DNA of 23,946 nt, from NCBI GenBank assembly GCA_945862295.1, contig CAMAXT010000040.1:1-23946 (forward strand), given 5' to 3'. The stretch comes from Pseudobacteriovorax antillogorgiicola (GTDB lineage Bacteria; Bdellovibrionota_B; Oligoflexia; Oligoflexales; CAIYRB01). Shown piece by piece: positions 1 to 7,810 of the stretch; position 1 is the stretch's first letter, and each line of letters opens with the position of its first letter. The translations under genes and the position numbers were made by a program. The notes beneath the pieces are model-generated. The model ran no database searches. It was not told the origin of the DNA and worked only from the letters and a program-made list of their open reading frames with translations.

Positions 1-582
1 GCATTTACTTCGGTGTTTCAAAATAACGGAAGATTGACCAGATTCCTCAGAAATTGATTTTACGACTTGGTCCCAAGTAAGGTTGAAATCAGGCCATTCA
101 GTGGGTGCAGTTTCGTAAGTATCGATATCTGGAACGCTGCCTAGCATCAATACAGATCTATCACTTAGTTCGTGAGCACGGACATGATACTCGCAGAATG
201 GTGCGCCATTGACGAAAAAACGAAAGTCAGAACTCTTTCCACCATTTTGCAGGTTGAATCCTGAAGTCGTGCTAGTGCTTCTAATTTGAACGAGTGGATT
301 TTTGATTGAATTGCGCAGATGGCCAGTGATTGCTTCATCGAAACTTATTTGGCCGTATTTGAACAGCATGCCACTTTTGTTTGTTAAAAGATTCTCTAGT
401 CCGAATGGATGGGAGTTGACTTCTTTTCTTGCTTGTTCAAGCGGTTTGAAACCCGCAGGAACTTTTCCTAGCGTCAACGCATGAGCTGTTGGCACCGCAG
501 TCAGTGCGGTTGTAATCAGAACCCATGTGGTTTGCGCCAATGACCGAGATAATCTTGGCGAGTATTTAAACCAGTTTCCCAT
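1..582 (-). CDS. Hypothetical secreted protein, 5' part only (start codon at 580-582, runs off window start)
   Basis: Open frame with no stop across 194 codons on the minus strand, translated by hand. It is absent from the ORF track, presumably because no stop lies inside the window. ATG at 582 is preceded by AAGGGA 8 nt upstream. N-terminus MGNWFKYSPRLSRSLAQTTWVLITTALTAVPTAHA reads as a Sec signal peptide with an AHA cleavage site. I recognise no family. Confidence 0.5.
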   Translation of the reverse strand, partial: MGNWFKYSPRLSRSLAQTTWVLITTALTAVPTAHALTLGKVPAGFKPLEQARKEVNSHPFGLENLLTNKSGMLFKYGQISFDEAITGHLRNSIKNPLVQIRSTSTTSGFNLQNGGKSSDFRFFVNGAPFCEYHVRAHELSDRSVLMLGSVPDIDTYETAPTEWPDFNLTWDQVVKSISEESGQSSVILKHRSKC

Positions 583-646
583 CTTGGATGTCCCTTAAGC
601 GACTGAATTCCTAGAGCCTGACCAGGCAGGTTTTACCCTGTCTAAT

Positions 647-661
647 CGGCAAAAATTGCCG
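647..661. promoter_or_regulatory. Small inverted repeat CGGCAA-aaa-TTGCCG in the divergent promoter region upstream of pepQ
   Basis: 6-bp arms with a 3-nt spacer, between the divergent starts at 582 (minus) and 807 (plus). Confidence 0.2.
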
Positions 662-806
662 CGAACATTAGTGTGCTATGGTGGAAAAGATGAGTTTTGT
701 TAATCTTTACCATTGGTTAATTTATAAACTGAACTTGGAAATTAGCCGCTCGTTTCCTTTTTTAGTGATATATAAGAGCCTGATTCGATTAAGGGAAGGA
801 ATGGGT

Positions 807-2135
807 ATGAATTGGCAAAGTCTGTTTTCAGATCACATCGGTACCAGAAAAAAAACAACGGAAAAAATTCTCATTGAGCACGGATTTAACGGTCTAGTGC
901 TCGATGGTGGAAAAGCTGATTACTACTACGAAGATGATCAGTCTTGGACTTACCGACCGAACCATCATTTCTCCCATTGGTGCCCGATCGACGCACCTTG
1001 GAGTCTTTTGGTTTTTTTGCCAGGCAGGAAACCAATTCTATTGTTCGTTTCGCCCCAAGACTACTGGCACGACAGCCCTGAACTTGGCCCGGAATTTTGG
1101 CAGGAAGAATTTGAGATAAAAATTGTCGGTAGCGAGCAGGATGCTTGGGCCGGTGTTAAGGCATTCACTAAACTTGTCTATCACGGATCGCGCTCTGCTC
1201 AAGCCAAAGACCTTGGTCTTGAAATTCAACCAGCAAACAAGTTTTGGGCACAGTTAAACTGGGCGAGAAGTTTTAAAACTCCTTACGAAATAGCCTGCCT
1301 GCAAGATGCAACCAAGAAATCGGCCAGGGGCCACAGTGCAGCTAAAAAAACATTTGAATCTGGTGGGTCCGAACGCGACATCTATCTCGACTATTTAAAT
1401 GCAACCGGAGATCTTGAAAGAGAGCTGCCCTACAGTTCCATTGTGTGTTTGGACGAAAAAGCGGCGATTTTGCACTACACAAAGCAGCGAAAGGCACCAA
1501 GACATGGCAAGGTCCTTTTAATCGATGCTGGCGCGCAAACGAACCGTTACGGTTGCGATATCACTAGAACCCATTACCAAAAAGACACACTTAAAGAATT
1601 CAAAGACATTGTTGATGGAGTAGACCAGCTTCAACAAGACATCTGCGCTCTTGCGGCACCTGGTAAGAGTATGGTTGATCTGCATGGCATGGCGCACGAA
1701 AAAATCGCTGCGTTGTTAGTGAAGGTTGGAGTCTTCAAAGGGATTTCCGAATCAGACTTATTAGCAAAGGGCCTTACCAATACGTTTTTCCCGCACGGGA
1801 TCGGTCATATGCTAGGCATATTCGTGCATGATGTTGCTGGCAAGCAGCGTAATGCCGACGGAGATCCAGCACCAACAAAACATTTAGAGCAGGATCCTCG
1901 CTATAAGTTTTTACGATCTCACCGCGATCTCGAAAGTGGCAATGTCATAACGGTCGAGCCGGGCGTGTATTTTATCCCGATGCTTCTTGATGTTCATCGA
2001 ACTGGCGCGACGAGTTCCTATTTCAACTGGACGTTGATTGATCAGCTTGTTCGTTTGGGTGGCGTTCGTATCGAAGATGATATTTTTATCACCGATAAAG
2101 GTCACCAAAACCTAACTCGGCCGTTTTTACAGTGA
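807..2135 (+). CDS. pepQ: Xaa-Pro dipeptidase (prolidase), M24B metallopeptidase
   Basis: M24 metal-ligand motifs are present: HGIGHMLG, VITVEPGVYF and RIEDDIFIT. Length is about 442 aa. N-terminus MNWQSLFSDHIGTRKKTTEKILIEHGFNGLVLDGG resembles PepQ N-termini. I chose ATG 807 over 801 because GGAAGGA at 794-800 then sits 6 nt upstream. The ORF-track start at 678 is an upstream extension. Confidence 0.85.
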   Translation: MNWQSLFSDHIGTRKKTTEKILIEHGFNGLVLDGGKADYYYEDDQSWTYRPNHHFSHWCPIDAPWSLLVFLPGRKPILLFVSPQDYWHDSPELGPEFWQEEFEIKIVGSEQDAWAGVKAFTKLVYHGSRSAQAKDLGLEIQPANKFWAQLNWARSFKTPYEIACLQDATKKSARGHSAAKKTFESGGSERDIYLDYLNATGDLERELPYSSIVCLDEKAAILHYTKQRKAPRHGKVLLIDAGAQTNRYGCDITRTHYQKDTLKEFKDIVDGVDQLQQDICALAAPGKSMVDLHGMAHEKIAALLVKVGVFKGISESDLLAKGLTNTFFPHGIGHMLGIFVHDVAGKQRNADGDPAPTKHLEQDPRYKFLRSHRDLESGNVITVEPGVYFIPMLLDVHRTGATSSYFNWTLIDQLVRLGGVRIEDDIFITDKGHQNLTRPFLQ

Positions 2136-2215
2136 AAGAGCCCACTACAACTTGTTCTGCAGTAGTGAAGCTAATAAGATGGTACCTACTAAATTGATAC
2201 AGAGTGGAGAATAAA

Positions 2216-3232
2216 ATGGGTCTATGGGATGGAATTAAGAAGCAGCTACGCTCCGTCATTCAATGGGAGAATGCAGATCCAAGTTGCCTCTTTCTAAAAT
2301 GGACGGACAACGGGGACGAGATTAAAAATGCGTCGAAACTAATTGTTGGTCCCGGACAAGGTTGCATATTTGTCTACGAAGGAAAAGTCGTCGCTCATCA
2401 TGAGACCGAAGGGCTCTATGATTTGAAAACGGCGAACATTCCTTTTTTGACGACGTTGAAAAAGTTTATGCAGGCTTTTAAATCCGAACACAAAGTCGGC
2501 ATCTACTATTACCGTACAACAGAAATAGTTGATCAAAAGTGGGGAACAGCTGCGATGATCAAGTATAACGATCCGAAATATAATTTTCCGGTTGGCCTGA
2601 AAGCCTATGGAAATTTTTCGTTTCGAATCGCTGATCCTGCGGGGTTTTTTGCAAACGTCCTAGGAAGTTTGCCGGAATATCACGTCGATTCTGCGCGCCA
2701 GACCTTTGTTGGTCGGATAACGCAGCCTTTGCGCGACTTCTTTGCCGAAAGCAAATACGGCTATGAAGACATTGATGCCAATCTAAATGAAATTTCGGAA
2801 GGCGTCACAGTTAAATTAAACGAAACTCTCGGCAAACTTGGATTTAGTTTAACTGATTTTCGCATCGAAGGGACAAACTTCGATGATGATACTATGAAAC
2901 GCATCAACCGCATCGCTGATGCCAAAGCTGAGTCACACGCTGCAAGTGCTGTTGGACTCAACTATGCTCAGATGCAACAACTCGAAGCCTTAAGAGAAGC
3001 CGCTCGCAATGAGGGTGGCGTCGCAGGACTTGGTGTTGGCATGGGTGCAGGCATGAATATTGGCCAAATGATGGCTCAGAATATGAACATGCCTCTCGGA
3101 CATCAACCGGCTGCTGCAGCGGGGTCTGATCCCATGACCAAATTAAAGAGTCTGAAAGAACTTTTTGATAACAAATTAATTACCCAGGACGAGTATGACA
3201 AAAAGAAAGCCGAAATTCTCTCAGCTATGTAA
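2216..3232 (+). CDS. SPFH/band-7-like protein of the YdjI/COG4260 type with C-terminal SHOCT domain
   Basis: N-terminus MGLWDGIKKQLRSVIQWEN...KNASKLIVGPGQGCIFVYEGK matches the conserved start of COG4260 (B. subtilis YdjI-like, PspA-associated SPFH family). A Gly/Met-rich low-complexity stretch follows. C-terminus KLKSLKELFDNKLITQDEYDKKKAEIL is a SHOCT motif. ATG 2216 has GGAGA 5 nt upstream. The track start 2204 is GTG. Confidence 0.7.
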   Translation: MGLWDGIKKQLRSVIQWENADPSCLFLKWTDNGDEIKNASKLIVGPGQGCIFVYEGKVVAHHETEGLYDLKTANIPFLTTLKKFMQAFKSEHKVGIYYYRTTEIVDQKWGTAAMIKYNDPKYNFPVGLKAYGNFSFRIADPAGFFANVLGSLPEYHVDSARQTFVGRITQPLRDFFAESKYGYEDIDANLNEISEGVTVKLNETLGKLGFSLTDFRIEGTNFDDDTMKRINRIADAKAESHAASAVGLNYAQMQQLEALREAARNEGGVAGLGVGMGAGMNIGQMMAQNMNMPLGHQPAAAAGSDPMTKLKSLKELFDNKLITQDEYDKKKAEILSAM

Positions 3233-4001
3233 CTCACTGAGTGTATGGGCGATCATCTCCGCTTGTTCCCTTATTAGTGCATCCGTGTTTGCTCAGGTTG
3301 ATGAAACTCTTCCTTCGGAAGTGCAGTCTACGGAATCACCAATCACTGAGCCAGAGTCCATGCCTGAACCCGATATAACGACCTCTGACGTTCCAGTCCT
3401 GTCGCCTAATGTGCCGACCCAGGTTGGAAGACGCGCCGATAAGACGGTCAGTTTGGTTGGAAATTACGGGATATATAGTTTTGTTATTCCAGGAAAGAAA
3501 GGTGCGCAACTGACTTGGCTGCAGTCGCCAAGCACGTCCTGGGAGCTAGATTATTTTAGTGGTGACTACGGCTTAAATAAGTATGGCATCAACCTAATAT
3601 CTGTTGGTGAACGGGTCATCGTCGCCAGATACCGAAAATATTGGTCGAGTTCTTTTAATTTAGGACTAGGGCTCGGAGAGCGAACGTTTAGTTTTGAACT
3701 TGGTAATCAAATCACTGATAACATTCCTGGCTATTACGCTGAAACAGGAAAACTCATAGAACTCTCGCGTTATGTTTTTGATTTCAGCCTTGGCAGCAGA
3801 TGGCAATTTAACAAAGGCTTTATTCTCAGCGCTGATTGGTTTGAGATTAGCATTCCCTTTGGACCAGCCAGGAAAAAAGCAGCCATTGTGGACCGGATTT
3901 CCAATTCAGAATCCAGGAAAAACACGAACAAGATTTTAGATTACTTAAATTATTTGCCAACTCTGACGTTTCTCAAACTCGGGCTTGGTTTTGCGTTGTG
4001 A
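3195..4001 (+). CDS. Hypothetical exported protein, possibly outer-membrane beta-barrel
   Basis: Signal peptide MTKRKPKFSQLCNSLSVWAIISACSLISASVFA-QV, then an acidic P/E/S/T-rich linker, then alternating hydrophobic strands. The start overlaps the upstream gene by 38 nt. The stop lies 10 nt before prmA. No family recognised. Confidence 0.5.
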   Translation: MTKRKPKFSQLCNSLSVWAIISACSLISASVFAQVDETLPSEVQSTESPITEPESMPEPDITTSDVPVLSPNVPTQVGRRADKTVSLVGNYGIYSFVIPGKKGAQLTWLQSPSTSWELDYFSGDYGLNKYGINLISVGERVIVARYRKYWSSSFNLGLGLGERTFSFELGNQITDNIPGYYAETGKLIELSRYVFDFSLGSRWQFNKGFILSADWFEISIPFGPARKKAAIVDRISNSESRKNTNKILDYLNYLPTLTFLKLGLGFAL

Positions 4002-4025
4002 CTTTTTCCTTTGTTGGGTTCGCCA

Positions 4026-4964
4026 TTGAGTTCATGGGTTGAAATTAAGTTATGTTTTAATAATGTGCCTGAGTCAACAATCATCAAACGCCGGCTGCTG
4101 ACACTTCTTGCAGAAAACGAGATCGATAATGTCGTGGATAGTTACTACGACGGTACCCTTTCGGGAGAGTCACCTGAAGAGGCAGAGGCTGCGATTTTTG
4201 CGGGTGACGACAATTTACCGGTTGTGATTTATGTTCAATCTGAGCAAGCGCTGAAGCACACTGTTATGCTGATAGAAGTCCATTTCAAAAGCTTACTTGT
4301 GCCTTTGGTACGAAAACTTGAGGAATCAGAGTTAGGCAGCGCTTGGTCAGAAGGTGCCGTCTTTGAGACCGAGCATTTTGTGATTGCACCGGTTGGTGTT
4401 CCTCATCCCGAACAGTACAAAGAGAAAAAAATTATTTTGGTGCATCCTGGCGCTGCTTTTGGCAATGGCCAGCATGTGTCGACCTTGGCAATGTTGAGAT
4501 GCCTTGAAAGCGCACGTATAGATGTGACGAAACGTATCCTAGATCTAGGAACAGGCAACGGCGTGCTGCTGATAGCAGCCGCACAGCTCGGAGCCAAATC
4601 CTTACTAGGAACCGATCTCAGTCAGGATATCTTAGATGAAGCGAAGAGAAATTTTGACCTCAACGGGATCAAGGCTGAAACGTTGCTTACGACGTCTGTT
4701 CCAGTCTCAAATGGACCTTTTGATTTGGTGTTAGTTAATATTCCCATCGCAGGTATCCGGCCACTGCTCGCCGAGATTTTGGCGGCAACATCTTCCGACG
4801 CCCAGATTATGTTCTCGGGCTTCACCGCATCCGATGGTCAAATCTTTGCTAAAGAGTTGGCATCAGCTGGTTTGCTGTTGGTTTCTGACCAAGAGGTGCG
4901 GGGATGGGTAGCACTCAGCTTTCGCAAAAAAAAATTATTATCTGTTAGAAATTCGGCTGAATGA
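4026..4964 (+). CDS. prmA: Ribosomal protein L11 methyltransferase
   Basis: PrmA hallmarks are present: SSWVEIKL N-terminus (cf. MPWIQLKL in E. coli), HPGAAFGNGQHVSTLAMLRCLE (cf. AFGTGTHPTT..CLEWL), the SAM motif ILDLGTGNGVLLIAAAQLGA, and a C-terminal GWVALSFRKKK. No in-frame ATG exists, so the start must be TTG. I chose 4026. TTG 4011 or 4014 (the ORF-track start) are alternatives. Confidence 0.7.
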   Translation: MSSWVEIKLCFNNVPESTIIKRRLLTLLAENEIDNVVDSYYDGTLSGESPEEAEAAIFAGDDNLPVVIYVQSEQALKHTVMLIEVHFKSLLVPLVRKLEESELGSAWSEGAVFETEHFVIAPVGVPHPEQYKEKKIILVHPGAAFGNGQHVSTLAMLRCLESARIDVTKRILDLGTGNGVLLIAAAQLGAKSLLGTDLSQDILDEAKRNFDLNGIKAETLLTTSVPVSNGPFDLVLVNIPIAGIRPLLAEILAATSSDAQIMFSGFTASDGQIFAKELASAGLLLVSDQEVRGWVALSFRKKKLLSVRNSAE

Positions 4965-6045
4965 AATCAGGGGTCGTTCTGTAGTCGTAACTGCGGTACG
5001 CCATTAGATTTGGTTTTCCGCCGTTCTCCCAAGCTTGTCGCCAAAGATAAGCAAGGGTCGCAGCACCTTGAGCTAAACGGTCGCGAATGACAGGACGAAA
5101 ATAAGCTGTGACTTGATCCGCAGGCTTGCGTTCAGCTTTGATTTTAAGGCCTTTGTCATTATTGCCGAGTTTCGTCACAGCGTGTTTTAGATCGAGCTCT
5201 TGCACGCTCTTTAACATGCTAAATGATTCTTTTGTTTGAGCATAGGCAATGTCTAGGTAGTCCGTCGTCAGTTTCTGTTTCTGTTCAGAAAATTTTATGA
5301 GAACAGCGAGATCTTTTAACTCAATTGCCTTTGTATAAACTTCCATATCAAAGCCAAGATCGAAGGAATTGACGGTATCAGATTCAAAGTACGCATGTAC
5401 GCCACCTTGGTTGATGTCAAAGCCATTGTAATCGCGAGACGTGTGATAAGGGTTAGCTAGATCACCGACGAAATGACTGAGAATACCTGCGTAAAAAAAT
5501 GCATCATCCAAGTGCTTCTTGATCTGGCTTTCGGCTGGTGCAGATTTTTTTTGTTCTTCCGCTGCTTTCTGAAATGATTCTTGAATCAAGGTCGTGATTT
5601 GTAGGATGCGAAAAGGAGCGGTGCCGGCCATGTCTGCTTTCGGCTCTGCACCTTTTTCGTCGGGGCATTTATAGCCTTTTGGCTTAGCAGTACAGAGTTT
5701 TTTCATCCCAGCTTCCATCTCTGCTTTCGTGCGTGGAAGCACTGCAGTAGATGGATCGGTTGTAATATATTCAATATCGAGATAGTGAGTCGGTCCGTTT
5801 TGTGCTTCGACTGCATCGCCCATGCTGCGCCAGACAATGTCGGGAACATTTGCTAGGTGCCCAAGCATGTGCTCTTTTGCGAGAAATGATTCACCGATTG
5901 GATTATCTTTGGTGTCACTTAAGGTAAGTATTCGCGCAGCAACACGAGTAATTAAATGATGTCCTCTTTCACCCCATGCATAACAGTATTCACCGAATGG
6001 GATAAAGCATGTGAAAATAAAAATCAGTTTGCTGATTGTGTTCAT
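4945..6045 (-). CDS. Secreted S1/P1-family zinc nuclease
   Basis: Signal peptide ends ...EYCYA, and the mature protein begins WGERGH, the zinc-ligating Trp1 start of S1/P1 nucleases. Downstream motifs PTHYLD and HFVGDLANPYH match the HF.D and HF(I/V)GD..P.H metal sites. Its 3' end overlaps prmA convergently by 20 bp. Confidence 0.8.
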   Translation of the reverse strand: MNTISKLIFIFTCFIPFGEYCYAWGERGHHLITRVAARILTLSDTKDNPIGESFLAKEHMLGHLANVPDIVWRSMGDAVEAQNGPTHYLDIEYITTDPSTAVLPRTKAEMEAGMKKLCTAKPKGYKCPDEKGAEPKADMAGTAPFRILQITTLIQESFQKAAEEQKKSAPAESQIKKHLDDAFFYAGILSHFVGDLANPYHTSRDYNGFDINQGGVHAYFESDTVNSFDLGFDMEVYTKAIELKDLAVLIKFSEQKQKLTTDYLDIAYAQTKESFSMLKSVQELDLKHAVTKLGNNDKGLKIKAERKPADQVTAYFRPVIRDRLAQGAATLAYLWRQAWENGGKPNLMAYRSYDYRTTPDFIQPNF

Positions 6046-6130
6046 GTCGACTACCGCTGTTGATCAATTTATTGCCGATTATTTTGAGCGCCGAGTCTAA
6101 TGTTTTGCGTCAAATCATTCTAGGTCTATT

Positions 6131-6208
6131 AAATTTTTGTTTGCATTGAAAAACATACAGTAGCCATGTGAAATTTTTGTGAATTTTCCCAAAAGAACAA
6201 AATTTGTG
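6131..6208. repeat. Three AT-rich direct repeats AAATTTTTGT(T/G) / AAAATTTGTG
   Basis: Copies at 6131-6140, 6171-6180 and 6199-6208, spaced 40 and 28 bp apart, in a 420-bp AT-rich intergenic region. Confidence 0.3.
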
Positions 6209-6255
6209 CACATGCCTGAAATGGCTATCCTACCAATCACACAGTTGAAAAGCAC

Positions 6256-6278
6256 TTATCCACAACATTTGTTGATAA
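6256..6278. promoter_or_regulatory. Inverted pair of DnaA-box-like 9-mers (TTATCCACA perfect consensus; partner TTATCAACA on the opposite strand)
   Basis: TTATCCACAAcatTTGTTGATAA. The 10-bp arms have one mismatch and a 3-nt spacer. It lies centrally in the divergent nuclease/MBL intergenic region. Confidence 0.3.
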
Positions 6279-6465
6279 CTCACCTTCGAGCAGGTCCTAA
6301 CTGCCTAAACTAGGAGTTTTTGCCATTTCGCCTAAAGAATAATCAGTGAGAGTTATAAGGCGTTTTTGGGAAATTATGCCGATTGCAAAATAAATCAGAG
6401 GCTCCTATTCTTCAAAGTTCAGATCATGATCGTAACGTTCAGCTGTACAAAAACGAGGCCCGGAA

Positions 6466-7344
6466 ATGACAGCGGTCAGCATCAGTTCTGTGTGCGGAAA
6501 CAGCCAATGGCTGGACGGAGGATCTATGTTTGGCAACGTGCCTCGCTCCGTTTGGACGAAATGGTTGGCCCCAGATCCGGCTGGCCGAATCAAATTAATG
6601 TGCCGGGCGATGTTGATTGAGGTCGGCGGCAAAAAGGTCCTTTGTGAGACCGGAATCGGTGCGTTCTTCGATCCGAAGATGGCGGACAGGTTTGGAGTCT
6701 CCGAATCGAGTCACGTTCTTTTGGAGAGCCTTTTGGGTCTTGGCATCGATCATACCGAGATTGACGCCGTGATATTGTCCCATCTTCATTTTGATCACGC
6801 AGGCGGTCTACTCCCGACTTTTGCAGAAATCTCCCAAGGCAATACTGCACTGCTTTTTCCGAATGCAGATTATTATGTGGGAGCTGTTGCTTGGGAGCGA
6901 GCCTGCAATCCCCATCCCCGTGACCGTGCATCATTTATTCCTGGGATGACCGAAAAGCTAAAACAAAGCGGACGACTCAAAATCATAAATCCCGCAGCCC
7001 TTGATGGCTACTTCGGTGGCTCAGTGTCCTTTCGTTTTACCGACGGCCATACACCCGGGCAAATGCATACAGTTGTTAAAGGCGCGAACACATCTGCAAT
7101 ATTCGCGGGTGATCTCATTCCAGGTACCTCCTGGGTCCACCTTCCTGTTACGATGGGATACGATAGGTACCCCGAGCTTGTGATTGACGAAAAAAATTGT
7201 CTCTACAATGATTTTGTCGGAAAAGACTTTTTACTTTTTTATACCCACGATCCTAAATTTGCAGCCTCAGGCATTGAGAAGGATGATGCAGGAAAATACC
7301 TGCCGATAAATATGATGACCGAGTTAAAACACTTTCAACTATGA
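6466..7344 (+). CDS. MBL-fold metallo-hydrolase (lactonase-like HxHxDH motif)
   Basis: SHLHFDHAGG metal-binding motif plus downstream His and Asp (FTDGHTPGQ, FAGDL, YTHDP). GAGG sits 7 nt upstream of ATG 6466. Substrate unknown. Confidence 0.75.
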   Translation: MTAVSISSVCGNSQWLDGGSMFGNVPRSVWTKWLAPDPAGRIKLMCRAMLIEVGGKKVLCETGIGAFFDPKMADRFGVSESSHVLLESLLGLGIDHTEIDAVILSHLHFDHAGGLLPTFAEISQGNTALLFPNADYYVGAVAWERACNPHPRDRASFIPGMTEKLKQSGRLKIINPAALDGYFGGSVSFRFTDGHTPGQMHTVVKGANTSAIFAGDLIPGTSWVHLPVTMGYDRYPELVIDEKNCLYNDFVGKDFLLFYTHDPKFAASGIEKDDAGKYLPINMMTELKHFQL

Positions 7345-7357
7345 AAAGGATGGTGGG

Positions 7358-7810
7358 ATGAAAAATTTAAGCATGAGCAATAAGGTGTCTCTTCTAATAT
7401 TAGTCTCCGGTGCATTGTTTAGTACGTTGCCAGCAGAAGTATTAGCGAACGATCGAGCTGATTTTGCAGGTGAGTTCTCTAGTATCGTCACAACAAGTTC
7501 TGATTGTGATGAAATTTTTTCTGAAACAGACTACTTCGGAATGTTTCAACTAACAGGTCCTACACGTCGGACGTTAGTCTCCAATTTTAAAAATTCAAAC
7601 AGAACCGGATTTTTCCATAATCAAACCTTTGCCTCCCTTTTTGGGTACAACAACGACTTCCTCTACGAAAAGTCTATTGTCAGCGGTGCCGGCAAATATG
7701 AAGTGCGTGCGGAAGGATTCGTGGATTACAGTGTGGTTTATATCGAGTTCACGGTGAAAAGAACGGATGCTGATTGCATCGCAACAGCAACTTATTCCGG
7801 ATTCAACTGA
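7358..7810 (+). CDS. Hypothetical small secreted protein (two Cys)
   Basis: Signal peptide MKNLSMSNKVSLLILVSGALFSTLPAEVLA-ND, with AAGGA upstream. 150 aa. Its 3' end overlaps the cyclase gene stop on the opposite strand by 8 bp. Confidence 0.5.
   Translation: MKNLSMSNKVSLLILVSGALFSTLPAEVLANDRADFAGEFSSIVTTSSDCDEIFSETDYFGMFQLTGPTRRTLVSNFKNSNRTGFFHNQTFASLFGYNNDFLYEKSIVSGAGKYEVRAEGFVDYSVVYIEFTVKRTDADCIATATYSGFN

Noticed and set aside
302-484. 60-aa plus-strand ORF
   Set aside because: Antisense to the stop-free minus-strand secreted-protein frame (1-582), with no RBS.
2143-2167. Hairpin cactac-N13-gtagtg after the pepQ stop as a terminator
   Set aside because: Short 6-bp stem, long loop and no following T-run. 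The next gene starts 50 bp later with its own RBS, so read-through into an operon is more likely.
6256-6278. Chromosomal replication origin (oriC) hypothesis for the DnaA-box pair plus AT-rich repeats
   Set aside because: Only two boxes are present, there is no dnaA/dnaN neighbourhood, and both flanking genes are ordinary divergent CDSs. A regulatory DnaA site or an unrelated AT-rich operator is more parsimonious. It is kept as a regulatory finding only.
6366-6934. ORFs 6366-6620 (+), 6405-6632 (-), 6590-6934 (-) and 6595-6798 (-) around the MBL gene
   Set aside because: They overlap the well-supported MBL hydrolase CDS in other frames or antisense. They have no RBS, no recognisable domains and a biased Arg/Ser-rich composition typical of off-frame translation.
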